Shown here piece by piece: positions 11,608 through 26,260 of a stretch of 64,000 nucleotides of DNA. Made by a program: the position numbers and the translations under genes. How positions within the stretch are numbered: the first letter of the stretch is position 1; every line of letters begins with the position of its first letter. The DNA is taken from assembly GCA_053919585.1 (NCBI GenBank), contig CM132793.1; one strand, given 5' to 3'. The notes beneath the pieces were generated by a model. The model was given only the letters and a program-made list of their open reading frames with translations, made no database searches and was not told where the DNA came from. The DNA comes from Euprymna scolopes (taxonomy: Eukaryota).

Positions 11608-12858
11608 CTAAACTAAATTACTTAAAAGATGGGTTTTATAATGTTTGCAATTAATTGAATTTTCGTGCTTCTTATTTAATAATTTATCTCTTTCTCTAAA
11701 AGTAAGTATAAATAATTTCTCATAAAGACATAGGTAGCAAGGCGAGTTTAAAGATGAACAGGTTTTCGCTTTCTTTAAAATTTTCCAATTTACTATTGGG
11801 GAGTAACCTTGCTCTACTAGTTCATTGTAATATTTAGACAGGGAAGTTCTATTTTTGTACTCATTATTTTCAAAAGAGCACTTGTGGCCGGTAAATCTTT
11901 CTTTAAAATTGTTATTTGTCATTCCTATGTAATATTTTTTTTCATTCGGATTTTCCTTAGTAGAAATAGTTGCTTGGTACACTACAGAAGTAATTTGACA
12001 ATTTCCTTTAAGAGGGCATTTTGATTTAATTCTACAGTTACAACTTTCGGTAGCAATGGGTGTGCTATTTTTGTTTAATATTTTGTTATTATGTTTTTTA
12101 ATTATTTTTTCAAGGTTTTCATTACAGCTATAACTAAGTTTTATTGTATTTTTATTGAAAATTTTATGTAGTATGTTATTAATAGGGAAGTGCTTTTTAA
12201 TTAAGTTTAAGAATTTCATTCCTAGATTTGTTTTAAGTTTCAGATTAAAAGGGGGATTGTACCACAGGATTTTTCTCTTACGGTTTCTATTTGTATTTGT
12301 GTTTGGGTGTGTTGGTTCTATGAACTCAATTTGGGTGTTTTTGTATCCACTATCCTTAAGGGCCCTGTTATAGAAATATTTATGTTTATTAAATGTTTCA
12401 AGATTGGAAGAATTGTCACTGATTCTTTTACTAATGGATTTGGGGATATGCCTAATGATAGATTTTGGGTGATTTGATAGGGGGTGTACATAAATTGGGT
12501 TTGAGTTTTCCTTCCTATATGGTTGGTAGATGCCTTTCCTTAAATCAAAGTTCACATCCAAAAAATTTACAGTTTTAACATCTGATATAATATCCACTTT
12601 TAATTAAATTCTACGGAATTCATTTAAGATAATCTTTTTGGTTCTTTCACATTTAGGGCCGTTGGATTCCTTGATGATCATCAGTCCATCATCACGATAC
12701 AAGCCTATATCCATGACATTGATGTCTTTGGTTAAGTTGTATAGTATGAATAGACCTACTAAGTCTGTCATTTCAGCCGAATCCAAAGACCCCATGGAAA
12801 TGTCAAACAGGTCATTTTGATCTTTTTTCAACCACTGATCATTTCCACTAATTAGGAA
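11608..12858 (-). mobile_element. 5'-truncated Penelope-like retroelement, RT + GIY-YIG ORF
   Basis: MGS..SAE, GLYRDDGL, VNFLDV, SNHP, WYNPPF, CNCR..CPL.G.C, VVYQA..YYIGMT..FKERF, CYLCLYEK; a single in-frame TAA at 12604-12606 splits the two ORFs. Confidence 0.95.
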
Positions 12859-13443
12859 GGAAAACTCAAACCCAATTTATGTACACCCCCTATCAAATCA
12901 CCCAAAATCTATCATTAGGCATATCCCCAAATCCATTAGTAAAAGAATCAGTGACAATTCTTCCAATCTTGAAACATTTAATAAACATAAATATTTCTAT
13001 AACAGGGCCCTTAAGGATAGTGGATACAAAAACACCCAAATTGAGTTCATAGAACCAACACACCCAAACACAAATACAAATAGAAACCGTAAGAGAAAAA
13101 TCCTGTGGTACAATCCCCCTTTTAATCTGAAACTTAAAACAAATCTAGGAATGAAATTCTTAAACTTAATTAAAAAGCACTTCCCTATTAATAACATACT
13201 ACATAAAATTTTCAATAAAAATACAATAAAACTTAGTTATAGCTGTAATGAAAACCTTGAAAAAATAATTAAAAAACATAATAACAAAATATTAAACAAA
13301 AATAGCACACCCATTGCTACCGAAAGTTGTAACTGTAGAATTAAATCAAAATGCCCTCTTAAAGGAAATTGTCAAATTACTTCTGTAGTGTACCAAGCAA
13401 CTATTTCTACTAAGGAAAATCCGAATGAAAAAAAATATTACAT
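12854..13443 (+). repeat. Inverted duplicate of the internal Penelope segment ~11927-12516
   Basis: Identical translated ORFs on opposite strands (12155-12373 + and 12997-13215 -). Confidence 0.92.
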
Positions 13444-13676
13444 TTATTTGTATTCACTCCGACCAAGCCACCTTGAAAAGTCAGGAGCTACTGTAAATTT
13501 AGGACCAGCTTTATAGAGGTATCATTAGTTGAGAGTTGTGCAGTGAGATATTTGTGCACATTACATAGTCGGGGAAATAGAGAGCAGGAAGGAAATTCCT
13601 AAGATAAGTGATTCGAAGAATCTATTAAAGTAAAAAGATTTCCGGTATCTGGGGTCCTCTGCATTTTGTATTTTTT

Positions 13677-14305
13677 CTAATTCTTTTTTGTGTTGTTTAC
13701 ACGGTCTTCTATACAAACCAGCCCTCTTCCTCCGTCTTTCCTTTTCACACAGAGTTGCTCAGTATCATCCTTTGGTTGTAGTGCCTTGTGAATAGTCATG
13801 ACTTTCCTATTTCTTTTTTGTTTGTTTGTGTGTGTGTGTTTTTTTTGTTTTGTTTTTTTTTTTTTGTCGAGATGCTTTAGTTCTTCTTTGGTCCAGTTTA
13901 TAAAAGCCCAGATTTTCTTACTAATAATACTACCCACGTGTTTATACGTTTAATTAGGTTTCTACTATATAGTTTAGTTTCGAGGAGTTTTCTTGTTCTT
14001 TTGAAGTATCTTTTCCAATTTTCTTTTTTTATTTCTGATGCATTGATGGTGTCTGCTTCCAGTACTCCCAAATAATTATTGCTATTATGTTCACCTAGTG
14101 CCCTTATCTCTGTTTGGTTGCATACTGCCATACCTTCCGTTGTTTCCAGCTTTCTACTTCTTATGATCACCAGTGCAATATTTTCCAGAGCAAATTCCAT
14201 TCGGATGTCCTGGCTGAAGATTCTGGTTGTGCTTATTAGCATCTCTAATTCCTTCTTGATTTTTGTAAACAGTTTCAGATCATCCATGTACATTAGGTGG
14301 TTTAT
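13677..14305 (-). pseudogene. R4/Dong-like (RLE-type) non-LTR retrotransposon RT fragment
   Basis: HLMYMDDLKLF, DIRMEFAL, YLGVLEAD, KLYSRNLIKRINTW, RKDGGRGL. Confidence 0.75.
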
Positions 14306-15905
14306 TCACGACACGGCAATAAGAGTAACCGTTTCAAACGTTAAATTGCTCTAAACCCCACTTTGTGCGATGAATATCATCACGCGAGTGTTATATTCTT
14401 CTAAAAAAAGGGGTAGATAATTCCTTGAAAGCGCGTGAAACTTACAAAGTTTAAGCAACTGAATATTTTGATTAGTTCAATAAATAGAAAAAATAAATAA
14501 TTTTCTAAAAACCAAACAGAATTCAACATTTTTAATCATTGAATATTTTCTTTTTTTAAATTTATTTCTTTCTTTCCTTTATTTATTTTTTTGTTTACTT
14601 CTATTATTTTCTTTCTTTTTAGCAATTTCATTTGTTTTCTTTTTTCTTTTTTTTTCTTTTTCGATTCCCATGATTTTCTTTTTATCTCTTTTTTTTTTAA
14701 TTTTATCTTCCCTTTTTCCTTTTTTTTATTTTGTATTTTATCTTCCCTTTTTCTTTTTCCTTCGCTCGTTCTTTTGTTGCCAGCACATTTGATTAATGGT
14801 ATTGGCGACCATAAATTCTACCGCTGATGTATCTTTTTTGTTTTCTGTTTCCTTGTGAGATTCTGAAAGATTACGACCGGCACTGCCGGATATGGATGCA
14901 ATCTTACTTCTTGATCGCATTATATAACTTCTCGGTAAAAATCTGGCGTTCTCTGCTAAATAGCGTTTCATTCATTCGCAAGATATAGCGTAGAATGTGC
15001 AAATCTTGAACACGACTTACATGAACACATTTTTTGAAACACATTAGACAACCCGCGAACCATTGATACACTGCTGATTAGTGTATACATCTGCGCTATT
15101 AACTCAATCGTAAAGGCAAATAGATATTTTTAAAGTACATTCAGAAAGTTAGAGAATAAACTTACCTTTACTTTCAAGACAATAGAAATCAACAAGAATA
15201 AGCGTCGGTGATGTAATCGACAAAAACTGAACACAGTTTTACCGTCTCAAACGTTCCGGCTTCCTCTGATATGCTGTTCAAAGGTAGGGTATCATGCGCA
15301 GATAATACTGTCTATCTTCTACTGGGATAAAAGGAACGATGGTACATATTTTACATGTGCCCAAGGAGAGGTAGATTGACGTTGGCGTCAAAAGCTCTTT
15401 GACAGATAATTTTAAATTTATGTTGTTTTTTTTTACGCCAGAATCAAGTCTCCTCGTATCATCTGCAAATCAAAATATAACAAACGTAGTCTTTGGTGTC
15501 GGTTTTTGAGAGTAAGCGTGGAGATTCCCGTTGCAATCGTGATTGTGATCATTCCAACACGTTCCAGTTGTTCGATATCTTCATTTTCTCTTTTTGCTGA
15601 TGCCTGTTGGTAAGAATTCTAACGAGCGATGTTAGTTTAATTTAGGATTTTTTTTTTAATTATGTAAGTTATCCTTTTGTATTACAGCACTTTAATTAAT
15701 CAATGTAAATATCGACGAAAATATTGCATATATATAGACAAAATAGTACAATAAATTACAAATGTTTAACACTAAAATTAATTTATTATGAAATAAAAAC
15801 GTTAAAAACCGAGTAATGCTGTAATATTTTAATTTTATTAATTAAAAAGTCAAATCATTTTTTCTAAGACTTTCGGTAGAATCAACGCCAATAATACAAT
15901 ACTAA

Positions 15906-15953
<48 letters not shown>

Positions 15954-16523
15954 GTATTTTGTTATGATGTTAAGTCCACGGGTCATGGTCCCTAGAAATA
16001 CAAAATTGAATGTCCGATCTTATTAACGATTATATGAAAGCCATATTTGGTTATTGTGCGTCACGTGGTTAGCGCATAAATTGTAATAAGAGTTAGTCAC
16101 ATCCTGTGAATACATTAGTCGTAGTGTTAAAAATGAAGACTTTAGAAAACTAAGTAATACTGTGTGTTTTTTTATGAAAAATAAAATGATTTTTGGAGAC
16201 CATCTGTGGAAGCTACTGTAATCATAAAAAAAAGCACTTTGTAATTTGGATGGGATTTTTTTTCATTTTATTGACTACATGGGTGATAGTTTCTAGAAGA
16301 GAAAATTCAACGTCCGATCTTGTTGACGATTGTATCCAAGTCAAACTGGTTACTGCACATCATTAGCACGTAAATTTGACAGCATTATTTCTTAAGGTTA
16401 AAAATGAAACTTTTTAAACCGATTAATACTGCAAAATTTATTTTAGTATTAAATAAAAATGAAAATATATTTTCTTCGACTTTTCACCACTTATTTACAT
16501 AACGGTAACTCGTTCTGTATTGT

Positions 16524-17632
16524 AATCTATATCTCTATAAAAGTGAACATGTGTGTGAGAACACTTCTCAACCTATATACTCAACGAATTTTTGATCTAC
16601 AAACATGAAATTTGCTGTATAGTCTATTCAGACGCGTGGAAATTTTTTTAATCGGTTTTCATCCGGAAAAAGGGGCTGGTAAGGAGTCAACACTGAAAAA
16701 TTGGTACGTCTGAGTCATTTGATTTTTATCTGTTTGTTAACTGTTTCACGAATGCGCACGCGCGAATCGTTTAAATGAAAGATTCTGTATGTTAAGAATA
16801 AGTAGGCTTGCAAATACTTTTTCGTTTTTCGTTCAATAAACTCCCGTATTTTTTACCTATAAGGGCTGTCAAATCGCATGAAAAAAATAAAATAATTTAC
16901 AAATGAACTTCCTATATTTTTATTTGTTTTTTATTTGTTTGCTTGTTTTGTTTTGTTTTTTTTGGAGAAATCTTAATGTAAAAGACGCAAATATTTGGAA
17001 GCTAAATTCTTCAATTTATAAATATATATGAAATGCGTCGGTTTGTAAACTCGATCGCAAGGGCTGTTCAATTTATTTGTCGTTTTGACGAAGACGTTGT
17101 AATACATCTATTAGTGGCGCCATACTTTCATGTTCGTGTATAAATTCCGAAATATGAGAATTTTCAGAGCTCAGCCAATCAGAATAGACGGACTTATTTA
17201 TGAATCAGACATTGGAAAGATTATGATAGGTCTATGTATGTAATAGCAAGATTCGGTCGGTGTAATCACAGAATCTGTGGAACGTGCATAGTTCATTCTG
17301 GTGACAACTGGTACAGTGATAGAACTAAATATTTAGAGAGAAAAATAGGGACGTTTTCCTCTGAAGATATTGCAATTGTCATGGTGTTGCTCGTAGAATG
17401 CAATGTAGCATTTTATTATCACGATTGAAGGTGTCTAAAATGGTGTTCGAAAGTTACATGAGATTGTGACTATTAGCTTAGATGTATTGAATTTGTATGT
17501 GATATCTCTTGCTGAAAACCTACGATCCAGAGAAAAATTTCTGCAGTCAGTTTATTATATATGGAAATGAGGATTCTGCATTAATTAAGATATAATATTT
17601 ATGCGTATTTTACGGCCGGGCAACGGATAGTA
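16524..17632 (+). mobile_element. Non-autonomous Helitron-like element
   Basis: 5' TCTATATCTCTATAAAAGTGAAC shared with the 62.9-64 kb family; degenerate CCGGGCAACGG..TAGT 3' end. Confidence 0.5.
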
Positions 17633-19089
17633 CAGGATAAATTAAAAAGAAAAGATGCTCGCATTTATTCATCTGGTTAAGTAAATATTTTTAACCGGTA
17701 ATAGTATCAACATCGGTTGATAGCACTGAAACTACTTCTGAAGGGTTTATGATGAAAACACAGTGGGAAAATTTGCAACTCGCAGGGCACGGACAGTAAT
17801 TGAGTCCTGATGAGAGGCTTATTGTGGCTCAGATTTTAGAGATAACTCCCGGCCGTTATCAGCGAGAATGCAATGGCAAATTGGTAGTTCCATAAGATCA
17901 AGTGAGTTGCAATGGAGATGGAATGAAATGGATAATACTAAAAATTTGAGAATACTTTGGGAACGGCATCATGTGGCTGTGGTTGTCTCCTTTGCTGTTG
18001 TCCGTCGACCTATTCTCCACTACAATAAAGAGGCATCATACCAAGCAAAACTAGAAGTCCAGTTTATAAAGCAATAATAAATATTTATTTATTTATTAAC
18101 TTTATAAACGGTACCCGTTTGCTAGCAACAGTGAATCTTTGCTTGACCAGACCAAAACATAAATGCTTCATTATAAAGTTTCTTGGCTGAACTCCAAAAG
18201 GACCACCTGCACTGAGAGACACGGCAACTTAATTGTCCCGGTTGCTTTCCTACAGAACCATCCTTTCAAGCGTTCAACTTACACTTTTTCTCCTCCTTTT
18301 CGGGGAGGGTTTGGTTAAAACCACCTCTTTCTCTATTCACCTGGGATCTATTAACCATTGGTAAGTTCTGGCCCTTTGTTGGCGACCATTGTTCAGCCTC
18401 TCAAAGGAGACATTCACTAAAGATACAATTTAGTCCCAGACATTGTTTCTCTCACAAATCACAGTGGGACTTTGCCCTCAACTGAGGTACTTTTTTAAAC
18501 AAAGGCTACATCTCTTGGGTGGCCTGAATGGTCAGATTTTTTTAGCTCTATGATGAATTAACGGGTTGTATATAACGAGTGTATATACATGCGTTCGTGC
18601 ACGTCTAGTTCATATAAATATATACTGCATGAAACCGATGCTCGTGTACTGTCTAGTGTTTAGAAATGTTCGTTGTGTGTGCGTATGTGTGTTTGTGTGT
18701 GTGTTACACCTATTCAAAAAGAGTCCACGTAACAGGGGCAAGGTGACAATTATTAATTCGGGACGGGTTCAACAAGCATGACACATAAGAATACAATGAC
18801 CTTTGGATTACGGACTATTAACCTTAGGTTGTGGCTTTCTTCGACTTTTTAGCACTGCAAAAAAACATTTCACTGTGAAGCAGTAACAACAGGACTTCTT
18901 TTTGCTTTGCCTCGTTTATTCTCATTTTCCCAGCTATGTGTTTCTCTTGGGAGTTTATAACGCTTTTTCTCCCTTTAGTACTTACGTCGTCTCTTAGTTA
19001 ATTCAGTCGAAATCTTCCATGACTGATAAAGTTAACCTCTTGTTCTGAATCTCTAGTCTATATATCTTTTTTACCATCGTTTATTGTTA

Positions 19090-20274
19090 TACACGGGACC
19101 CACTTCCAGTTGTCTGATCTAGCTAAAATTTGGCATGAGCAATGATTTATATCTCTACGGGTTATGTGCCAAATTACAGCTCTGAACTAATTGTGGTTTC
19201 TGTTTTACATGTGTTTGAACTGAGTCAGGTGTGAAATGGAGCCTATTGAATGTCGAGCAGTGATCCGGTTTTTGTATTTGAAAGGACGCACACCACAGGA
19301 GACTTTTGATGAAATGAAAGAAACTTATGGTGATAATGCCCCATCATATAACCTTGTAAAACGCTGACATCGTGAATTCAAACATGGCAAGAAGTTTGTG
19401 GAAACAGCTCCCAGACCTGGTCGCCCGCTTCTGCCATTGATGAGGCATCTGTCCGTCAAGTTGAGGCTGCCATTTTGGAAGGTCGGCGCATTACTATTCG
19501 CCAAATAGCCCAAGATGTCAAGATTAGTACAGGGTCTGTGGAAACTATCATTCATGACCATTTGCATATGCATAAGGTGTCTGCCAGATGGATTCCCAGG
19601 TTGCTCACACGATTCCAGAAGCGAGAACGCGTCGAGTGTTCGAGGATGAATTTGGAGATGTGCCAAGAAGATAGTCAAAGGTTTTTAAAAGACTGATTAC
19701 ACAGGATGAAACCTGGGTCTATCACTATGATCCAGAGATCAAAGCCCAGTCAATGCAGTGGAAGCACTTGGACTCACCACCTCTAAAGAAGGTAAGGGTG
19801 CAGCTCTCCGCTGGCAAGATCATGCTCACAGTCTTCTGGGACCAGGATGGAGTAGTGATGACAGATTTCCTGGCAAATGGTACCACAATTACAGGAGCCT
19901 ATTATGCTTCACTTTTGAGGAAATTAAGGGAAGCTATCAAAATCAAGAGGCGAGGCAAGATCAGCAAAGGTACCCTTTCATCCTCCCTACTTTCCTGACC
20001 TTGCACCCTCTGAATTTCACCTCCTCCCAGCCATGAAGTTGTTTTTGAAATGAAAGCCTTTCCCAGATGATGCAGTCTTGATTTCTGAAGTCACGTCGTG
20101 GTTGGAGGACAAACTTGGGGTGTTCTACGAAAACGGTCTCCAGAGCTGCATCAAACGATGGGGGAAATGCATAACTCTGGGTGGTTCCTATGTAGAGAAA
20201 TATCTGTGCCAGGTTTCGTTGCTCTACTGCTATGGAAAGTGGGTCAAGGGCATTATTTATATCATGCCCCTCGT
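19090..20274 (+). mobile_element. Mariner transposon, disrupted and internally deleted
   Basis: MEPIECRAVIRFLYLKG.. HTH, KVSARWIPRLL, TQDETWVYHYDPE, SAGKIMLTVFWD; right end CCCCTCGTA. Confidence 0.92.
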
Positions 20275-21954
20275 AAAATTGAATTCTTATATCTATTTTA
20301 TTACATAAATATCTCTGCAATATTTTATTGCTTATAAATCTAAGTTAAAATTCATCCGTTAGATTATTAACATAAATATTTTAGCTAAATATTCCTTTCT
20401 TTCAAAACATTCTCTCTGCATATCTTTTTCTATGTAACAGTTAAAAATCAATAATAATAATCGTTCAGGTCTTTAGAATTGCCCGCCACAACTAACACCG
20501 ACATAACACTGTGATCATAGGCAAAAGGCCCAACAGAACCCCTGCGTTCCTTTTCCTATCTATCAGTGTAAAATTCACTAGGAAATATTCTTGTTGTTAC
20601 CTAAATTCCAGGAAACGTTTTTTTAACAGTTATCTCTCATTGGGAATTACTCCTAAGGAGTAAAAAAAATACTAATTATCATATTATATTGCAGACCAGT
20701 TAACACACAAGAATTTGTACAACCAAAAGAGAAAAAAAAATCACTATTTCTAAAAATGAATAAAAAATGAAATGCTATACCGTACCGGAATAGCTTTAAA
20801 ATGTGAAAATGATTTCTAACATTTCTTTTAAACAGTAAATAGAAAGAATAATTTATCCTTGGAGTCATGTAAAGCAAAAAATGACGGAACTGTAGCCTTC
20901 GTCGAGTTTGTAGGAAAATAGTATGAAATTTAAAAAAAAACTGTCACAAATTGTTTACACGTGTAAAGAATAAGTTGTGGAAAGAATTTTAATATAATAC
21001 GTTTTATATACATTTTATTTTTGTACGAGTCACCGAGTGTTATCTATTATATAGCTTTAACCTAGGTTCCAAAACTATTAGTTCAAATTGGATCAAATTT
21101 AATATAAATAGTCATTTGGGTGCTGACCGTAAGAAAATCAAGAACCCCAATTATAACATTTAAATAAAGTTCTACGTAACTTCTCTCCGGCGAAGGTAAA
21201 CCAAAAGTTTTCATTTTATTCTTTTTCCCCCCCTTGTTTAAGAAGTCATTAAATTCTTGTTTTATCTCATTAGTGAACAGCCTGCTGTGAATCTGTTTGA
21301 ATTTTGTCTGCAATAATATGGACAGACTATTTTTTTCTGCGCTAATATGTTAACGAATATATGCACTTTCTGACGGGCATATGTTGTTGACAAGTTAATG
21401 AAATGACTTGCAAGGATTTCCTGTATACATCCAACCCCCGGAACTGCCGTGCCTAATTTATCTTATCACACACTGTTTTACTTGTACTGTCGTAATCATC
21501 TCGACAATCTGTGTAAGTGAAACATTGCTTTAAATAATAAGACGCTTCCAATTAGTTACCTAATTTCCATCCATTATTTACAGCAAGGCGGTTGTCCTCA
21601 TCTTGGTTTTTATTGCCACAAGTTTCCAAGTACTATGCTCCTCGGCCTAAACTTGATATTATCTCTGAGGAACGGTCTCTACCAAACTCTTCTGTCAATT
21701 TTTAGTGTACACACTTGAAACTTGGTATATAGTAGATTTTGACCTGTGGAATAAATTATATATAAATATGTATACTCTTTAGCCGATGAAATGTAGTTGC
21801 TATGGGTACAAATTGTAAATAAAATTGGCATTTTGCAGAAGTATGACGACTTAAAGTGTTTTTCTACACATACGAAAATATACAATTATACGTTAAAGAT
21901 ATTATTCCTATTCATTTGACGATAGCTGTAAATGTTTTTTATTTAATTTTCACC

Positions 21955-22865
21955 CCAAACGAGGCACAGTGGCATTTTGAAGTAGGGGACATAAGTTGCA
22001 GGGATATTTTGAAGGGAGATGAGCAGCAAGATGTTTGTTCACATTACACTTGAACTTCTGCATGTCAGTACAGTTGGGAAAGCAGAATCCCAGAAGGGAG
22101 TTCCAAAGTCTAGCAGTTCTGGGGAAGAAACTATTGAAGTAGAAGGCTTTCTTACACCTAAGGATCTCTACTGTGAAGGGGTGGGATTTAGCTGCTTGTA
22201 GGGTTTGTCGGGGTATTCACGTCGTGGGGGTACAAGTGCTTGTAGATCGTCAGAGCATTCACCATTAAAGTACTTGTAGAACAGGCAGAGGGATGCAACA
22301 TTTCGTCGATGGGACAGAGACTGAAGCCTAAATGACAGTTCAGGGCCTTTCAGGTTGGCGATTCTCTTTTGAACGCTGTCCAGCAGTAAGAGAAAAGTAG
22401 CAGATGCACCAGCACAAATGTGAAAACAATACTCCATACATGTGCGAATGGTGGCCTTATAGAGGTACAGGATATTTTCAGGCGTAAGTAATTTCATAGC
22501 ACGGTAGATAAAGTCCACCTTCTTCGCAGCAGCCTTGGCAATGCTCTCAATGTAGCTATGCATGTTTATGTTCCCTGTGAACGTTAGGCCGAGGAGTATA
22601 AAGGAAGTACTTTCGGATAATGTGTTCTTGGCCATTGTTATTGGCGGTAGATTTCTTGTAATTATTGAAGGAAACAAGCTTAGTCTTAGCAGCATTGAAT
22701 GCGACCATCAATTTTTGTCCCGGTTCCACTACAGATTGGAGGTCATCCTCTAGTGTTTCTGCCATTTCCTTAGATATGTGTTCATGTTTTCCCTTCGTGC
22801 CTGTAGAGAGTGGTGTCATCAGCAAATATGCCCACCTCCAACAATTTTATCAGGGAGGTCATTTA
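21955..22865 (-). pseudogene. CR1/L2-group LINE 3' fragment (RT C-terminus)
   Basis: IFADDT, FNAAKTKL, LYLYKATIRTCMEYC, LQSLSHRRNVASLCLFYKYF. Confidence 0.85.
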
Positions 22866-23326
22866 TGAATGGTAACGACTAAGGCTAGGTAAATGTTTTG
22901 TTTTGATTATAGCTGATGGCACCCCAATCACATTGTTTTTCTTTGTTTACTTTCGAAATCACTATTGGGTACAATATAATGATCAATAAGCTATTGGCTC
23001 TATTTAATAATAATATTTACGAAATCTGCAAAAATTATAATAGCATAGTTAAGCGTAATTTACGGCCTGCTATATATGTGTGTGGGGGTGTTAGCTTAAT
23101 ACAATTACTTTAATGTATTTCTATCCCTATATTTGATGTATAATTGCTTGATATAGTCACATTGGATATGATGCTATATTTTAGCCTTAGCTTGGCATCC
23201 ATTCTCTGTGCTGATTAGATATCAATAAAATCAATACCGTCTCAGAAACGATCGTACACAAAATTGCCGTCTATATTGAATTATTGGAGCGTGTCTACAT
23301 GATTATCTCATAAGATTTTTACGTTA

Positions 23327-23361
<35 letters not shown>

Positions 23362-23365
<4 letters not shown>

Positions 23366-23875
23366 TGACTTTGTCTGCCTGCATTAGGAACGGTTTCTAC
23401 CAAACATCTCTGTCAATTTTTAATATACAGACTTGAAACTTGATATATAGGGGATAAAGACTTGTGTAGCAAATTCAATTCGCTTTTTAGCTGGTAAAAA
23501 TAGCTGCTAAGAGGTCAAAATTGAACAATATTGAAACAAAGTAGATATATGTCAAATAAACGTGTTATTTCTATACAAGCGAAAACATGCATTCATATAT
23601 TTAATAACGTTATTTTTAGTTAGTTTTTGTATGCGTGTGGATTTCGGTAAAACGGTAACGAATGAGGATGGAGGGCTATATGTTTTGATTTTGATCTTAG
23701 CTGACGACACCCGAGTCATTTTTCTAAAGATTTTGGAATCATTACTGTATATTGGGTAGATATAATAATCAATAGAGTATTGACTTTATACAAATAAACT
23801 CGAAATCTGCATAAATTAAAATATCTTATTTAAACGTAGTTTACAACCGAGCAACGGTGGGCGACCTGCTTGTAT
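23362..23875 (+). mobile_element. Non-autonomous Helitron-like element
   Basis: Shares body sequence with 21660-21800 and the 62.9-64 kb family; 3' CCGAGCAACGGTGGG..TGCTTGT. Confidence 0.45.
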
Positions 23876-24135
23876 TACACAAACCTGAAAGAAGTAAGTA
23901 GATGCTCTTATTGTCATTAACAATGAAAACTTCTATCAGAGGATTCTAATGGGCCTAGACTCGGTAATATTGATTTTTTCCACAACCAGGTTAAATATAG
24001 TAAATTAGAATACTGGGATTTACGGCAGTTTTGCGCTGATTAAGTCCGCTTTCAGATTAAACTGTAGTATGGCTCGTCTGAATCTCTCTGAATTCTAATG
24101 TTTAGTGTTTCGACGTTTTACATAAACGTTTTATT

Positions 24136-25353
24136 ATAAGGCACCTTAAATAAGTTTCCATACTTTTGTATGAGCACTTTTATTGATAGTACACACATGA
24201 AATACTAGTCCCGTTCGAAGTAATCTTCCACGGTTGCAATACATTTGTATCGTTCCAATGACTTCTGGAAGGCCCCATAGAAGTCCTCTTGTGTGAGCGT
24301 GAGCCTATTTCATCTCCTTAATTCAATCATAACGACAACCTCTAAGGTTTTTCCTGCAGCTTAGAGCATAACCAAAAGGAAGCAAGGTCTGGATTATAAG
24401 GATGGTAGGGAATTGTTTTGATGTCCATCTTGGTCAAATAGTCTTCGACAGGGATGGAGTTGTGAACTGGTGCATTGTTCTAGTAGAAATGCCACTGACC
24501 CGATTTGAAGAGTGCTGGCCTCTTCCGACAGAATCACTTCCTGAACTCCCTTAAAACCTCAATGTCTGTCCAATGGAAACCCAGTGTTTGTAGATAATGT
24601 CCCTGCTGTTAAGAAAGGGATCATCATAAGGTTTGGGGTGAATTTGAATACTTTCACTGTCTCTTAGGTTCTGGATCATAGCAGTAGAACTATGTTTCAT
24701 TCCAAGTCAACAGACTATCATGATCCGCAGGATCTGAATTGATCAGCTCACTCATCTTCCTGCTGTCATGACAACATCATTCTGTCTTATCTTTTTTGAG
24801 CACTTCACATCTTCAGTTCCTCGCGAATAATTGTGTGTACAGTTCGTAGACTGACATCAAACTGTGCACTTATTATCAATATAGACATACGACCGTCCTT
24901 ATCAATGAACTTTTTTATTTGGCGAATCAACTCCCGTGTTCTGACTTAAATTCTCCTCCCACGCCTCTCATTATCCCTCAGAGACTTCTTGTCTTCCTGG
25001 AATCTCTGATACCACTCAAAAACTGATGATCGAGTCATACAAGATAGTTCAAAAACAGTTTGAAGTATTCCATATGTTTCTGTGAGATTTTTTCCAGGTT
25101 TAAAACATAATTTTATTGCATATTGCCATTCTAAAGTGTCCTCTTTCCAGATTACAATTTTGAAATTCACCAGCGGTGACAATCGGGTTTTAGTAGGGTG
25201 TATTTCAATTCCTGCTGTAAACCTAAAATGATAAAAAAAAATCGTCAATCATCTCAAAAGATGTATAGCAATAACATACTGAATTTTCAGGAGCCTATGG
25301 CAATTTTAAATGCCTGTACAAGAAAGTCTGGAAACTTATTGAAGGAACAGATA
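24136..25353 (-). mobile_element. Degenerate mariner transposon with TIRs
   Basis: AATAAGTTTCCATACTTT / AAAGTCTGGAAACTTATT inverted ends; QYAIKLCFKPGKNLTETYGILQ..SVFEWYQRFQE HTH. Confidence 0.82.
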
Positions 25354-25497
25354 TATGAAACAGAAAAAAATATCAATTAGTGTATTGATGTTTCAAACAT
25401 TTACAATCGCTTTATAGGCTTCCAGGTCCTAACCGCTGGCGAAGGAAGCATGAATGAGTTATATTTCTTAGATGTTTTTTTTTACTTCTCTCATGTT

Positions 25498-25569
<72 letters not shown>

Positions 25570-26085
25570 TTGATCCGATATTCCCAGGATTGAACGATTG
25601 AATGATGATCAACGGATGTATCACACTCCCCTATTTTTATTGTCATAGAAATCGATTAAATAGCCCATTTTTCAATGAAATTGATTGATTTCCTGATATT
25701 ATTATTCGGGATCCATCGCGATGCATCTGGAGGAAGCTTCATGTGCCTCTCGCTGTGACTAAGTCCACAATATACTGTAGTCAATATTGCACTGTAGAGA
25801 AATTACTATTGGTTTTATGAAATTATTTTTATATAAAATGACTTGCATTAAAGTTTAAAATGCAAAAGTCAAGTATCATGCTTCAATTGTGCTCTAAATA
25901 GAAACATTGGAATTCACCCTTGTCACATCAAAGAACTTTACTATTCCCCCTGGACATCGGTGGCATTGCGCGCTGCGATCAAATCACCAGGAATTGACAA
26001 CCTAGAGCATGATGCATTGCGTTAGCGTTCTCTCACCAGAGGACTTTGGAACCGTGGGCGACACTACTTGAGGTAAGTGACCACC

Positions 26086-26260
26086 ATGACTCTTAACTTG
26101 GCAAGTTTGAATGCGAGGGGCTTGAGGTCTTCAGATGGGGAGGCTCGCATCCGAAGAGACCTCCTGTCCCTGAGAGTGGATATAGCCGAGCTACAGGAGA
26201 CGCACTTCGTTTCATCTGTAGATTCTCATGTGCTGTCGATAGATTACGATGTCTTTTTAG
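26086..26260 (+). pseudogene. APE endonuclease N-terminus of an L1/Tx1-type LINE ORF2
   Basis: MTLNLASLNARGL ... DIAELQETHF. Confidence 0.7.

Noticed and set aside
14738-14971. 77-aa ORF as a host gene
   Set aside because: No recognisable domain; runs into low-complexity sequence.
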